64,000 nt of DNA from Solirubrobacterales bacterium (GTDB taxonomy: Bacteria > Actinomycetota > Thermoleophilia > Solirubrobacterales > 70-9): the NCBI GenBank assembly GCA_020438445.1, contig JAGQUO010000001.1, positions 2,491 to 66,490 of the forward strand. The letters are read 5' to 3'. Shown one piece after another: positions 17,205 to 26,961 of this stretch. The notes under the pieces were generated by a model. The model did not search any database. It was not told the origin of the DNA and saw nothing but the letters and a program-made list of their open reading frames with translations. The position numbers and the translations under genes are program-made. Within the stretch, counting starts at the first letter, position 1. The number at the start of each line of letters is the position of its first letter.

Positions 17205-18097
17205 CCCCGGCCCCGGTCCACGATCGCGAGGACGCGCTCGGCGGTGCGGCGATCGCCGATCCCCGACCGATCCACGATCGCGATCCCCTCCATCTTCCTG
17301 AGCCAGGTCATCTGCCGTCGCGCGTAGCGGCGGTGGGCGGCCTTCACCGCCTCGACGTCGCCGGTGAGGATCGCCTCGAAGCCGAGCGCGGACCTCGCGG
17401 TCCGGGACGCGCCGCCGGCGATCGCCTCTTGCGCCTCTTCGGCGGCGCCGGCGGCGACCATGGCGTCGACGCGCCGGTCGATCCGCCGTCCGAGCTCGTC
17501 GCGGTCGAGCACGATGCCGATCAGCGCGGTCGGGTGGCGAAGGGCGGCCGTCCACAGCGCCGTGCCCCGCTCCGGCGGGTCGAGCCCCACGCGCTGGAGC
17601 TCGAGCGCGCGTGCGACGCGTTTGCGGTCGTTGGGATGGATCCGCTCGGCGACGTCCGGGTCGAGCTCCGCGTGCAGCGCGGCAGACCCGTGCGACCCGA
17701 TCTCCGCTTCCACCCTTCCCCGGACCTCCTCGGGAACGGGCGGCTGCAGGTCGAGCTCGGCGAGTGCCGCCCGCATGTAGAGGCCGGTGCCGCCGACGAC
17801 GATCGGAGTCCGCCCCGCCGTCAGCGCCTCGTCGATCTCACGCCGGGCGAGCTCCGCGAACCGGCCGGCGCTGAACTCCTCGGTGACGCCCGCAACGCCG
17901 GTCAGGCGATGCTCGAGGCGTGCCCGCTCGGATTCGGAGGCGGCGCCGCTGAGCACCTCGAGCCCGCGATAGACCTGGATTGCATCGCACGAGACCGCGA
18001 CCGGGTCCTCGCCGCGCCGGCGGAGCATCTCGGCGAGCTCGATGGCGACGGCGGTCTTCCCGGCACCCGTCGGGCCAAAGATCGCGATCACGGACAC
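17201..18097 (-). CDS. miaA: tRNA dimethylallyltransferase
   Basis: P-loop [30 protein letters not shown], and the IVGGTGLY motif. Confidence 0.9.
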   Translation of the reverse strand: MSVIAIFGPTGAGKTAVAIELAEMLRRRGEDPVAVSCDAIQVYRGLEVLSGAASESERARLEHRLTGVAGVTEEFSAGRFAELARREIDEALTAGRTPIVVGGTGLYMRAALAELDLQPPVPEEVRGRVEAEIGSHGSAALHAELDPDVAERIHPNDRKRVARALELQRVGLDPPERGTALWTAALRHPTALIGIVLDRDELGRRIDRRVDAMVAAGAAEEAQEAIAGGASRTARSALGFEAILTGDVEAVKAAHRRYARRQMTWLRKMEGIAIVDRSGIGDRRTAERVLAIVDRGRG

Positions 18098-18104
18098 CGC
18101 GGGC

Positions 18105-19445
18105 TCAGCGCGCGCGAGACAGAAGGCGCTCGCTTCCCATCAGTGTCTGCGAGGTGGCCGAGGCGATCTCGACCGCGACGATCTCGCCGGCTGCCGCGGT
18201 TCCTTCGAAGTTGACCGCCTTGTTGTGGCGGCTGCGACCCCGCAGACGGGCCGGGTCGGTCCTGCTCGGGCCCTCGACGAGGACGTTCAGGGTCCGGCCG
18301 ACGAATCGCTGGGAGCGCTCGCGCGCGCGCCGCTGAACCGCCTCGACGAGCCGCTCCATCCGCTCCTTCTTGAGCGGGTGCGGGACCCGCTGCTCGAGCG
18401 CCGCGGCCTCCGTGCCCCGCCGCGGGCTGAAGACGAAGGTGAATGCGCCGTCGTAACCCACCTCCTCGACGACCTCGAGCGTCTCCTCGAAATCGGCGTC
18501 GGTCTCGCCGGGGAACCCGACGATGATGTCGGTCGTCAGCGCGGCATCGGGAAGGTGTTCGCGGATCAGGGCGACGCGGTCGAGGTACCGCTCGCGGTCG
18601 TAGGTGCGCCGCATCGCCTTCAGGACCCGGCTCGAGCCCGACTGCAGGGGCAGGTGGATGTGCTCGCAGACGGCCGGACACTCGGCATGGGCGAGGACCA
18701 CGTCCTCCTTCATGTCCTTGGGGTGCGGGCTCGTGTAGCGGATCCGGTCGATCCCGTCGACCGCGTCGACGGCGCGCAGCAGCTCGGCGAACGTGCGCTT
18801 CTCTTCGCCCCGGAGGTCGCGGCCGTAGCTGTTGACGTTCTGGCCGAGGAGCGTCACCTCCCGGACGCCCTCCGCGGCCAGCCCCCGGACCTCCTCGAGG
18901 ATCTCGCCGGATCGGCGGCTCGACTCCCTCCCCCGGGTCGAAGGCACGATGCAATAGGAGCAGGCGCAGTTGCAGCCCTGGGATATCTGCACCCAGGCCT
19001 GGAACGGGCGGGCGCGACGCGCCGGAAGGTGGCCGGCGAAGTCCTCGAACTCGAAGTAGCCCTGGGCGCTGATCGAGTCGCTGGTCAGGAACTCCGCCAA
19101 CTTGTGGATCTGCCCCGGCCCGAATGCGACGTCGACGAACGGAAAGCGGTCGAACACCTCGTCCTTGACCGACTGCGCCCAGCATCCGCCGACGCCGACG
19201 ACGATGTCCGGCTGCTCCCCCTTGAGGCGCTTCGCCTCGCCGAGATGGGCGATGAACCTGCTGTCGGCGTTCTCGCGGATCGAGCAGGTGTTGAAGAGGA
19301 TCAGGTCTGCACCCTCGCGGCTCGGCGCCTCGGAGTAGCCGAGCGCCGAGAGCATGCCCTTCATCCGCTCGGAGTCGTGCTCGTTCATCTGACAGCCGAA
19401 CGTCGTCACGTGGAAGCTCTTGGCGGCGGGCCCGGTCGTCCCCAT
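18105..19445 (-). CDS. miaB: tRNA (N6-isopentenyl adenosine(37)-C2)-methylthiotransferase
   Basis: UPF0004 N-domain TFGCQMN, radical-SAM CNCACSYCIVP and a C-terminal TRAM domain. Confidence 0.9.
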   Translation of the reverse strand: MGTTGPAAKSFHVTTFGCQMNEHDSERMKGMLSALGYSEAPSREGADLILFNTCSIRENADSRFIAHLGEAKRLKGEQPDIVVGVGGCWAQSVKDEVFDRFPFVDVAFGPGQIHKLAEFLTSDSISAQGYFEFEDFAGHLPARRARPFQAWVQISQGCNCACSYCIVPSTRGRESSRRSGEILEEVRGLAAEGVREVTLLGQNVNSYGRDLRGEEKRTFAELLRAVDAVDGIDRIRYTSPHPKDMKEDVVLAHAECPAVCEHIHLPLQSGSSRVLKAMRRTYDRERYLDRVALIREHLPDAALTTDIIVGFPGETDADFEETLEVVEEVGYDGAFTFVFSPRRGTEAAALEQRVPHPLKKERMERLVEAVQRRARERSQRFVGRTLNVLVEGPSRTDPARLRGRSRHNKAVNFEGTAAAGEIVAVEIASATSQTLMGSERLLSRAR

Positions 19446-19483
19446 CTGGTGGAGCGTAGCGGCGCGCGGCGGGCGCGCGGACG

Positions 19484-20098
19484 TCAGTTGCCGGCCGTCT
19501 GCGACAGGAAGGCGGTGAGGGCGTCGATCTGGCGCGAGCTCAGCTGCTCGCCGTAGTTCGACGGCATCGTGCCGTCGGGAAAGCCCTTCTCGACGAAGGC
19601 ACTCGGGTCGACGATCGAGGTCATGATGAACTGGTCGTCCTTGCCGGCGAGCGCCGTGTCGAGGTTCGGGCCGATCGTTCCCTGCGCATCGGCGCCGAGC
19701 TCGGCGATCGTGTGGCAGCTGCCGCAGCCGGTCGAGACGAAGACCTGCTTGCCCTCGGCGGCGAGTGCGTCGCTGCCGCCCCCGGAGCCGCCGCCCTGCT
19801 TGCCCGCGGGCGTATCGGCGGGAGCGCTGCCGGCCTGCTGGTCGGTCTCGGTCTGCTGGGCCTCGCTCACGTCCGCCTCGGCGTTGGCGGCCTCGAGCTC
19901 GCCGCCCTGCTCGTCCTCGTGCTTGGCGAGCTCGACGGCTCCGACCGCGGTCGCGGCCACCAGCAGGGCGACGATGACGATTCCCGCGTTCAGGGCCTTG
20001 CCGGAAGGGAAGCGATCGCTCTTCAGGCCGACGAACGAGAGGACGAGGGCCGCGACGATCAGCGCGCCGCCGGCGATGTAGAACAGGGACTCTTCCAT
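19484..20098 (-). CDS. membrane-anchored class I cytochrome c
   Basis: Two N-terminal TM helices, an acidic/Gly linker, a heme-binding CGSCH, and a distal Met region (DGTMPSNYG). Confidence 0.8.
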   Translation of the reverse strand: MEESLFYIAGGALIVAALVLSFVGLKSDRFPSGKALNAGIVIVALLVAATAVGAVELAKHEDEQGGELEAANAEADVSEAQQTETDQQAGSAPADTPAGKQGGGSGGGSDALAAEGKQVFVSTGCGSCHTIAELGADAQGTIGPNLDTALAGKDDQFIMTSIVDPSAFVEKGFPDGTMPSNYGEQLSSRQIDALTAFLSQTAGN

Positions 20099-20146
20099 GC
20101 GCAGGCGCGATCCTATCGATCGGATCCGGACGGGGACTCCGCCGGG

Positions 20147-21577
20147 TTACTCGGCAAATGCGGTCGAGCGGCTCTCGCGAACGACCGTGACCTTGATCCG
20201 CCCCGGGTAGTCCAGCTCCTTCTCGATCGCCTTCGCCGCCCGGCGGGCGATCACCGCGGCCTCCTCGTCGTCGACGGCGCCCGGATCGACGGCGATACGG
20301 ACCTCGCGGCCGGCTCGAACCGCGTAGACCTTCTCGACTCCGGGGTGACGACCCGCCACCTCCTCGAGGTCGCGGAGGCGGGTGACGTAGTGCTCCAGCG
20401 CCTCCCCTCTCGCCCCGGGGCGGGCACCGGAGACGGCATCGGCGATCTGGACGATCACGGCTTCGACCGTCTTCGGCGGGACCTCGTTGTGGTGCGCCTC
20501 GATCGCGTGGGCCACGGCTTCGCTCTCCCCCTTGCGTCGCGCCATCGAGGCGCCGACCTGCGCATGCGACCCCTCGACCTCGTGGCTGACGGCCTTGCCG
20601 ATGTCGTGCAGCAGGGTCGCCCGCCGGGCGGTCTCGACCGACACGCCGAGCTCCGCGGCGATCGAGCCCGCGATCTTCGCCGACTCGACCAGGTGGTCGA
20701 GGACGTTCTGCCCGTACGACGTCCGGAACCGGAGCCGGCCGAGCACCTCGAGCAGCTCCGGATCGATCCCGTGGACGCCCGCCTCCAGCTCGGCTCGCTC
20801 GCCCTCGGCGGCGGTCGTCTCTTCGACCTCGGCCTTGGCCTTGGCGTATGCCTCCTCGATCGTCGCCGGCTGGATCCGCCCGTCGGCGATCAGGCGCTCG
20901 AGCATCAGCCGGGCCGTCTCCCTGCGGACGCCGTCGAAGCTCGAGACGACGACGGCATTGGGCGTCTCGTCGATGATCAGGTCGACGCCGGTGATCGACT
21001 CGATCGCCCTGATGTTGCGTCCCTCGCGGCCGATGATCCTGCCCTTCATCTCCTCGCTCGGCAGCTCGATCAGCCTGGTGGTCGTCTCGCTCGCGTGGCT
21101 GCCCGCGAGCCGCCCCATCGCGATCGAGAGGATGTTCCGGGCCCGCCGGTCGGCGTCCCGCTTCGTCTCCGCCTCGATCTCCAGCAGCGCCCGGCCGGCC
21201 TGGCGGCGGGCATCGTGCTCGACGTCGGCGATCAGCATCTGCTTCGCCTGGGCCACGGTCAGGCCCGTCAGCCGCTCGAGCTCCTTGCGCTGCACCTGCT
21301 TCTGGCGCTTGAGCTCTTCGGCCTGGCCATCGAGATTACGCTCGCGATCGGCCAGCGCACGCTCGCGTCGCTCGATCTCCGCGAGCTTCAGGCGGGCCGA
21401 CTCGGCGTCGTGCAGCGCCCGCTCCTGCAGGCGCGCAATCTCCTCACGGCGGGCGCGTAGATCGGCTGCGTCGCCTTCGCCGCCGCCGGGCTCGACGCTC
21501 TCGATCGGGCGCGCCGCCGAAAGCCGGGGATTTGCCGGGTGTTCCCGGCCGATCTTTCTGCGACCCCGCCTCTCCAT
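20147..21577 (-). CDS. rny: ribonuclease Y
   Basis: Coiled-coil N-region, KH domain MKGRIIGREGRNIRAIE, HD domain LLHDIGKA and a C-terminal RNase Y domain. ATG at 21577 chosen because the longer ORF (to 21874) overlaps recX. Confidence 0.9.
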   Translation of the reverse strand: MERRGRRKIGREHPANPRLSAARPIESVEPGGGEGDAADLRARREEIARLQERALHDAESARLKLAEIERRERALADRERNLDGQAEELKRQKQVQRKELERLTGLTVAQAKQMLIADVEHDARRQAGRALLEIEAETKRDADRRARNILSIAMGRLAGSHASETTTRLIELPSEEMKGRIIGREGRNIRAIESITGVDLIIDETPNAVVVSSFDGVRRETARLMLERLIADGRIQPATIEEAYAKAKAEVEETTAAEGERAELEAGVHGIDPELLEVLGRLRFRTSYGQNVLDHLVESAKIAGSIAAELGVSVETARRATLLHDIGKAVSHEVEGSHAQVGASMARRKGESEAVAHAIEAHHNEVPPKTVEAVIVQIADAVSGARPGARGEALEHYVTRLRDLEEVAGRHPGVEKVYAVRAGREVRIAVDPGAVDDEEAAVIARRAAKAIEKELDYPGRIKVTVVRESRSTAFAE

Positions 21578-21618
21578 CTCCTCGGACGATGGTAGTGCGT
21601 CGCGTTGCCGCGACCGGA

Positions 21619-22095
21619 TCACGCGGCTCGCGGGCCCGCTCGCTCCGCCTGCCGGATCGCCTCGTAGGCGAGGTCGTAGTCGTAGCCACGCCGGGTGAGG
21701 TGAGAGAGAGCGCGCGTCCGGCTCCCGTCGTCGGCGAGGTCCTCCCCCTTCGCCAGCAGGAGGCCGACGGCGCGATCGAGCTCTTCCTCGTGAGGCGCCG
21801 CGGCTGCCCGCTCGGCGAGAGCCGGACCGATCCCGCGATCGATCAGCGCGCCCTCGATCCGCTGCGCTCCCCACCCCGAGAGGTCACGCTTGTCGGCCGC
21901 GTACGCGAAGGCGAAGCGCTCGTCGTCCAGCTCCCCGATCTCGACCAGCTCGGCGATCGCCCCCTCGGCAACTGCGGCCGGGTAACAGCGCTCGATCAGC
22001 CAGGCGTGAAGCTCGGCCGAGGAGCGCTCGCGACGCCGGAGTGCGCCGATCGCCTTGGCCAGAGCCTCCTGGAGCTCGCGATCCTGGGGATCCAC
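21619..22095 (-). CDS. recX: recombination regulator RecX
   Basis: Lies immediately downstream of recA. Repeated three-helix modules (RSSAELHAWL..., DDERFAFAYA...). Confidence 0.85.
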   Translation of the reverse strand: MDPQDRELQEALAKAIGALRRRERSSAELHAWLIERCYPAAVAEGAIAELVEIGELDDERFAFAYAADKRDLSGWGAQRIEGALIDRGIGPALAERAAAAPHEEELDRAVGLLLAKGEDLADDGSRTRALSHLTRRGYDYDLAYEAIRQAERAGPRAA

Positions 22096-22102
22096 CGGGC
22101 GC

Positions 22103-23203
22103 TCAGGCGGCCTCGGAGCTCTCCTCTTCGACCGGCGCCGGCGCCGAATCCGGCGCCGGGGGGCGCTGAACGCCGACGGCGTCGTAGATCTTCGCCTCGA
22201 TCTGATCGGCGATCTCCGGGTTCTCGGAGAGGAACTGCTTGGAGTTGTTCCGGCCCTGGCCCAGACGGGTCTCGCCGTAGGAGAAGAACGAGCCCGACTT
22301 GGTGACGATGTCGTGCTCGACGCCGAGGTCGAGCAGGCAGCTCTCGTTCGAGATGCCCGCGCCGTACTCGACGTCGAACTCCGCCTGCTTGAACGGCGCG
22401 GCGACCTTGTTCTTCACCACCTTGACGCGGACCCGGTTGCCGACCGCCTCGGTTCCCTCCTTGAGGGTCTCGATCCGGCGCAGGTCGAGGCGCTGGGAGG
22501 AGTAGAACTTGAGCGCCCGTCCGCCGGGTTGCGTCTCCGGGCTTCCGAAGCTGACGCCGATCTTCTCGCGGATCTGGTTGGTGAAGAGGCAGACGGTCTT
22601 GGCCCGGTTGAGGTTGCCGGCGAGCTTCCGCAGCGCCTGTGACATCAACCGTGCCTGCAGCCCCACCTGGACCTCTCCCATCTGGCCCTCGAGCTCGACC
22701 CGGGGCGTCAGCGCGGCCACCGAGTCGACCGCGACGAGGTCGACGGCGCCGGAGCGCGTCAGCACGTCGACGATCTCGAGCGCCTGCTCGCCGTAGTCGG
22801 GCTGGGAGACGAGCAGCTCGTCGGTGTCGACGCCGATGCGTCGCGCGTAGACGGGGTCGATCGCATGCTCGGCATCGACGAAGGCGCAGACGCCGCCGCG
22901 AGCCTGACACTGGGCGATGATGTGGTAGATCAGCGTCGTCTTGCCCGACGACTCGGGACCGAAGATCTCGACGATCCGGCCCTTCGGAACGCCGCCGACG
23001 CCGAGCGCGAGATCGAGCGAGAGCGCGCCGGTGGGGATCGCCTCGACGTCCATGACGGACCTGCTGCCGAGCTTCATCACCGACCCGGCCCCGAATTCGC
23101 GCTCGATCTGGGTCACGGCCGCCTTCAGGGCGGCGTCCTTCGCCTTCGCGTCCTTCGAGCCCGCCTCGATCGGCGTCGGCTTGTTTCCTGCTGCCATGTT
23201 CAA
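22103..23203 (-). CDS. recA: recombinase RecA
   Basis: Walker [11 protein letters not shown] and the L1/L2 loop context. Full-length similarity to RecA is evident from the translation. Confidence 0.98.
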   Translation of the reverse strand: MNMAAGNKPTPIEAGSKDAKAKDAALKAAVTQIEREFGAGSVMKLGSRSVMDVEAIPTGALSLDLALGVGGVPKGRIVEIFGPESSGKTTLIYHIIAQCQARGGVCAFVDAEHAIDPVYARRIGVDTDELLVSQPDYGEQALEIVDVLTRSGAVDLVAVDSVAALTPRVELEGQMGEVQVGLQARLMSQALRKLAGNLNRAKTVCLFTNQIREKIGVSFGSPETQPGGRALKFYSSQRLDLRRIETLKEGTEAVGNRVRVKVVKNKVAAPFKQAEFDVEYGAGISNESCLLDLGVEHDIVTKSGSFFSYGETRLGQGRNNSKQFLSENPEIADQIEAKIYDAVGVQRPPAPDSAPAPVEEESSEAA

Positions 23204-23209
23204 ACCACC

Positions 23210-23821
23210 TCATCCGCCGCTTCCACGCGGCAATTCGACATCCGCCAGGACGCTGTAGCGAGCACCCTGGGACCGGAGTTCAGAACGGTAGAGAGCCACC
23301 CGGACGGCATCGAACGTATGTCCTCCCTCGCCCGATGGGAATCGGGCGAGCTCGGCGGCGATCGAGCTCCGGCGGTGACCGCCGCGCACCCGGGCGACGC
23401 TCAGATGCGGGTGGAAGGGCCTCGGATCCCCGAGGTCGATGCCGGCGCCCGCCAGCTCCGCGACCAGGGCCGCGCGCAGCGGCATCAGCATCGGTCCCTC
23501 CGCGGCGAAGGCGATCACCCGGGGCCGGCGCCGCGGCAGGCCGATCGGCTCGCCGGCGAGTGCGATCCGCATCGCGCCCGCATCGCGCAGCGCCGCCCGG
23601 AGGGCCTCACCGGCGCGAGCGAGCTCGCCGGGATCACGATCCCCGAGGAAGGCCAGGGTGATGTGGAGGTTCGCGGGCGCGACCGCGCGCATTCCTTCAC
23701 CCAGCGCCCGGCGCTGCCATTCCGCCACGACCTCCGTGTCCGCGGGCGGCAGCGGAATGCCGATGAACGATCGCGAGCGCTTCTGCTCCTCGCCGGCGGG
23801 GTCCTGATCGCGTCTGCTCAT
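23210..23821 (-). CDS. thpR: RNA 2',3'-cyclic phosphodiesterase (2H phosphoesterase, LigT/ThpR family)
   Basis: Two HxT/S motifs: HITLAF and HPHLSVAR. About 200 aa. Confidence 0.8.
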   Translation of the reverse strand: MSRRDQDPAGEEQKRSRSFIGIPLPPADTEVVAEWQRRALGEGMRAVAPANLHITLAFLGDRDPGELARAGEALRAALRDAGAMRIALAGEPIGLPRRRPRVIAFAAEGPMLMPLRAALVAELAGAGIDLGDPRPFHPHLSVARVRGGHRRSSIAAELARFPSGEGGHTFDAVRVALYRSELRSQGARYSVLADVELPRGSGG

Positions 23822-23950
23822 CCGGATCGAAGCTAGAGGACCGATCGCAACGGATGTGATCCCGTCCGTGCCGGATCCGCGCGCCGGCGACGCGATTTCC
23901 CCCGCCTCGCCCGCAGATCACGGCCCGCCCTGAGCTGGGACGATGGCCGG

Positions 23951-24862
23951 ATGCCAGGGCGTGACCCACGACGGCTGCCGGAGCTGCCCGGCGTCGAGCA
24001 CGAGTTCCACGCGGTCGGCGGCCTGCGAATGCACGTTGCGGCCGCCGGGCGGCGCGACGCCGAGCCGGTGGTGCTGCTGCACGGCTGGCCGCAGCACTGG
24101 TACGCCTGGAGGCGCCTGATCGGGCCCCTGGCCGAGCACTACCGCGTCATCTGCCCGGACCTTCGGGGGTTCGGGTGGTCGGAGGCCCCGCCCGGCACCT
24201 ACCGGAAGTCGGAGCTCGCAGCCGACGTGCTCGGCCTCCTCGACGTCCTCGGGCTCGAGCGGGTCCGCCTCGGCGGCCACGACTGGGGCGGCTTCGCCGG
24301 CTTCCTGCTCTGCCTCGACGCGCCCGAGCGCATCTCCCACTTCGCCGCCGCGGGGATCAGCCATCCATGGGTGCAGCGTGAACCGGGCGCACGCGCCGCC
24401 CTGAAGACGCTTCGCCGGCTCGCCTACATGGCGCTGATCGCCTCACCGGTCGCCGGTCGCCAGGTGGTGCGGAGGCTCCCCGGGTTCACCCGCGCCGTCT
24501 TCCGCGCCTCGAGCTTCGATCCCGACCGCACCTGGAGCGAGGCCGAGCTCGAGTCGTTCGTCTCCCAATGGGCGGAGCCGGATCGCGCGGCCGCCTCCGT
24601 CGCGCTCTACCGCACCTTCCTCACCAGGGAGATCAGGGAGATCGCCTCGGGGGCGCTCGCCGATCGGACGATGCCGCAGCCGGCGATCCAGTTCGTCGGC
24701 ATCGCCGATCCGGTGATCCGGCCCGAACAGCAGGCCGGGTCCGAGGCGAACGCCCCGCGGATGCGCCTCCGGGTCGTTCCCGATGCCGGTCACTGGCTAC
24801 CCGAGGAGGCGCCCGACGCCGTCCTCTCCGGGATGCTCGAGCTCTTCGCCGAGCCCGCCTAG
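23951..24862 (+). CDS. alpha/beta hydrolase (epoxide hydrolase / haloalkane dehalogenase-like)
   Basis: LHGWPQHWYAW oxyanion region, GHDWGG nucleophile elbow, and a C-terminal GHW.PEE. Confidence 0.8.
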   Translation: MPGRDPRRLPELPGVEHEFHAVGGLRMHVAAAGRRDAEPVVLLHGWPQHWYAWRRLIGPLAEHYRVICPDLRGFGWSEAPPGTYRKSELAADVLGLLDVLGLERVRLGGHDWGGFAGFLLCLDAPERISHFAAAGISHPWVQREPGARAALKTLRRLAYMALIASPVAGRQVVRRLPGFTRAVFRASSFDPDRTWSEAELESFVSQWAEPDRAAASVALYRTFLTREIREIASGALADRTMPQPAIQFVGIADPVIRPEQQAGSEANAPRMRLRVVPDAGHWLPEEAPDAVLSGMLELFAEPA

Positions 24863-26136
24863 AGCGGCAGGTCCCCGCCGATCAGCAGGCGGCGGATCAT
24901 GTGCATCGCCACGCTCGCGCTGCGGTCGCGGACGTCGTCCCGCGTCCCCGGCAGCTTCGGATCGCGGGCGAGGACGTTCCCGGCCGCGTCGACGACGCAG
25001 ATGCAGACGTACCCGACCGGCTTCTCCTCGGTTCCGCCGCCGGGGCCCGCGATCCCGGTGATCCCGACGCCGACCTCGGCGCCGAGCCTCTCCATCGCCC
25101 CGCGCGCCATCGCCGCGGCGACCTCGGGCGACACCGCCCCGTGCGCGGCGATCAGCTCGGCCGGCACGCCGAGCAGTTCCTCCTTCGCGGCGTTCGAGTA
25201 GGCGACGATGCCGCCCCGGAAGTAGTCGGAGGCGCCCGGCGGGTCGGTCAGGCGGGCGGCCAGGAGCCCCCCCGTGCAGGACTCGCCGAGGCCGATCGAG
25301 CTGCCCGCGAGCAGGCGGGCGACGATCTCGTCGATGCTCTCGCCCCGCTCGGTGTAGACGAAGCGCTCGTGGCGCTCGCGAAGCGCGGCGAAGAGGGAGT
25401 CGCGCAGCGTCCTGTCGCTCACCCGGTTGCGCACGTCGATCTCGAGCTCGGCCCCCCGCCGCAGACACGTCGTGATCTCGAGCGGCCCCAGGTCGATGTC
25501 GCGCTCGATCTCCCGCAGGGTCTTGGCGAGTGTCGATTCGGGGATCCCGAACATCTTCATGGTCTCGACCTCGTAGTCGTCGGCGCGACCGAGGACCGCG
25601 GCGACGGGCGGGGCGCCGACCGCCTGCGCCCACATCGCCTGCAGCTCGCGCGGCGGCCCCGGGAGGACGACGACCACGGGGCCGCCGGCTTCGACGACCA
25701 GTCCCGGAGCGGTGCCCGCCGGATCGAGGGCGATCGCGCCCTCGGGCACCATCGCCTGCTTGCGGGTGCCGTCCCGCAGGGCCTCGGGGTCGAACTTCAT
25801 CCGCCGCGCGAAGCCGGCGACGATCTCCGCGATCCGCCTCTCCATCGCCTCGTCCAGGATCATCTCGCGCCCCGCGAAGCGCCCCACGATCTCCGCGGTC
25901 AGGTCGTCGGCCGTGGGGCCGAGGCCGCCCGTCGTGAAGATCAGGTCGACGGCGGAGGACCGCATGAACCCGAGCGCGTCCGCGAGGTCGTCCGGGCGGT
26001 CGCCCACGCAGACGATGTGGGCGACCTCGCAGCCGAGCTGTCCGAGCCGCTCCGAGACCCACGGGCCGTTCCGGTCGGTGACCCGGCCCGTGAGGACCTC
26101 GGTGCCGGTGACGACGATTCCGGCGCGGACGCTCAC
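24859..26136 (-). CDS. cinA: competence/damage-inducible protein CinA (MoCF-binding domain + nicotinamide-nucleotide amidohydrolase PncC domain)
   Basis: N-terminal GTEVLTGRVTDRNG and C-terminal ESCTGGLLAARLTD. The GTG start overlaps the upstream stop. Confidence 0.9.
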   Translation of the reverse strand: MSVRAGIVVTGTEVLTGRVTDRNGPWVSERLGQLGCEVAHIVCVGDRPDDLADALGFMRSSAVDLIFTTGGLGPTADDLTAEIVGRFAGREMILDEAMERRIAEIVAGFARRMKFDPEALRDGTRKQAMVPEGAIALDPAGTAPGLVVEAGGPVVVVLPGPPRELQAMWAQAVGAPPVAAVLGRADDYEVETMKMFGIPESTLAKTLREIERDIDLGPLEITTCLRRGAELEIDVRNRVSDRTLRDSLFAALRERHERFVYTERGESIDEIVARLLAGSSIGLGESCTGGLLAARLTDPPGASDYFRGGIVAYSNAAKEELLGVPAELIAAHGAVSPEVAAAMARGAMERLGAEVGVGITGIAGPGGGTEEKPVGYVCICVVDAAGNVLARDPKLPGTRDDVRDRSASVAMHMIRRLLIGGDLPL

Positions 26137-26900
26137 GGGCAGTCCGGTCCCGCGAAGTCGATCTCCTCGATGCCGCGCGAGTCGGCCTCGTAGCTGGCGT
26201 TGCCGCCGGGTTCGAGCTTCTGCTCGTCCGCTCCCGCCTGGACCCTGACCGAGCCGCCGCCGATCAGGTCGAGGCGGTACTTGCTCTCGCCCCCGAACTT
26301 CTCGGTGGCGCCGGCCGTGAGGACCTGCGAGTCGATCAGCGCCTCGCCGCCGCCGACGAGACAGATGCGGGTGCTGGCCAGCGGCTCCACCTTGATGTCG
26401 ATCGGCTTCGAATCCGGCTTCGGCGGATTCTTGATCCGCTTCGCCTCCTTCGCCTTCCCCGGCCGCTTGCTCTGGTCGGGCTCGTCGTCGCCGGAGGTCA
26501 GGCCGATCGCGGCCCGGACGGCGACCAGCACGACGATCGCGGCCGCGATCGCGGCGATCAGCCCGCCCCGCGACGGCGGCCGCGAGCCGCCGGGGCTGTG
26601 CCGGTTGCGAAGCACCGGCTCGGGAGGTGCGGCCGTCGCCGGCTCCTCTTGGGTGCGGCGATAGCGGTCGGCGAGGGCCTCGCCGTCGAGCCCGAGGATC
26701 TGGCCATAGGTCCGGAGGAAGCCGCGCACGTACGCGGGGGCCGGCAACACCTCCCAGTCCTCGGCCTCGAGCGCCCGCAGGTAGCGGGTGCGGATCTTCG
26801 TGCGCTCCTCCGCCTCCTTGATGTCCATGCGGAGGCGGCGGCGCGCTTCCTTCAGGGTCGCGCCGATCCCCGGTGCCTGCTGTTCCTCGTAACGGCTCAT
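26133..26900 (-). CDS. helix-turn-helix domain protein, RodZ-like
   Basis: N-terminal HTH IGATLKEARRRLRMDIKEAEERTKIRTRYLRALE, one TM helix LIAAIAAAIVVLVAV, and a DUF4115-like C-terminal beta domain. Confidence 0.7.
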   Translation of the reverse strand: MSRYEEQQAPGIGATLKEARRRLRMDIKEAEERTKIRTRYLRALEAEDWEVLPAPAYVRGFLRTYGQILGLDGEALADRYRRTQEEPATAAPPEPVLRNRHSPGGSRPPSRGGLIAAIAAAIVVLVAVRAAIGLTSGDDEPDQSKRPGKAKEAKRIKNPPKPDSKPIDIKVEPLASTRICLVGGGEALIDSQVLTAGATEKFGGESKYRLDLIGGGSVRVQAGADEQKLEPGGNASYEADSRGIEEIDFAGPDCP

Positions 26901-26961
26901 CGGCTGCTCAGTATTGCGAGCCGGTTGCGGCCGGACAGTGCCGCCCGCATGGGCTGAAAGA

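Noticed and set aside
21578-21874. Upstream extension of the rny ORF.
   Set aside because: It overlaps the recX coding region in another frame, is Arg/Ser/Gly-rich junk, and adds no TM helix.
23310-23326. LexA/SOS (Cheo-type) box candidate TCGAAC-GTAT-GTCCTC, ~110 nt upstream of recA inside the thpR 3' end.
   Set aside because: Only the left half-site matches TCGAAC-N4-GTTCGA, and the right half has three mismatches. It lies in coding sequence, and the LexA motif of this lineage is unknown to me.
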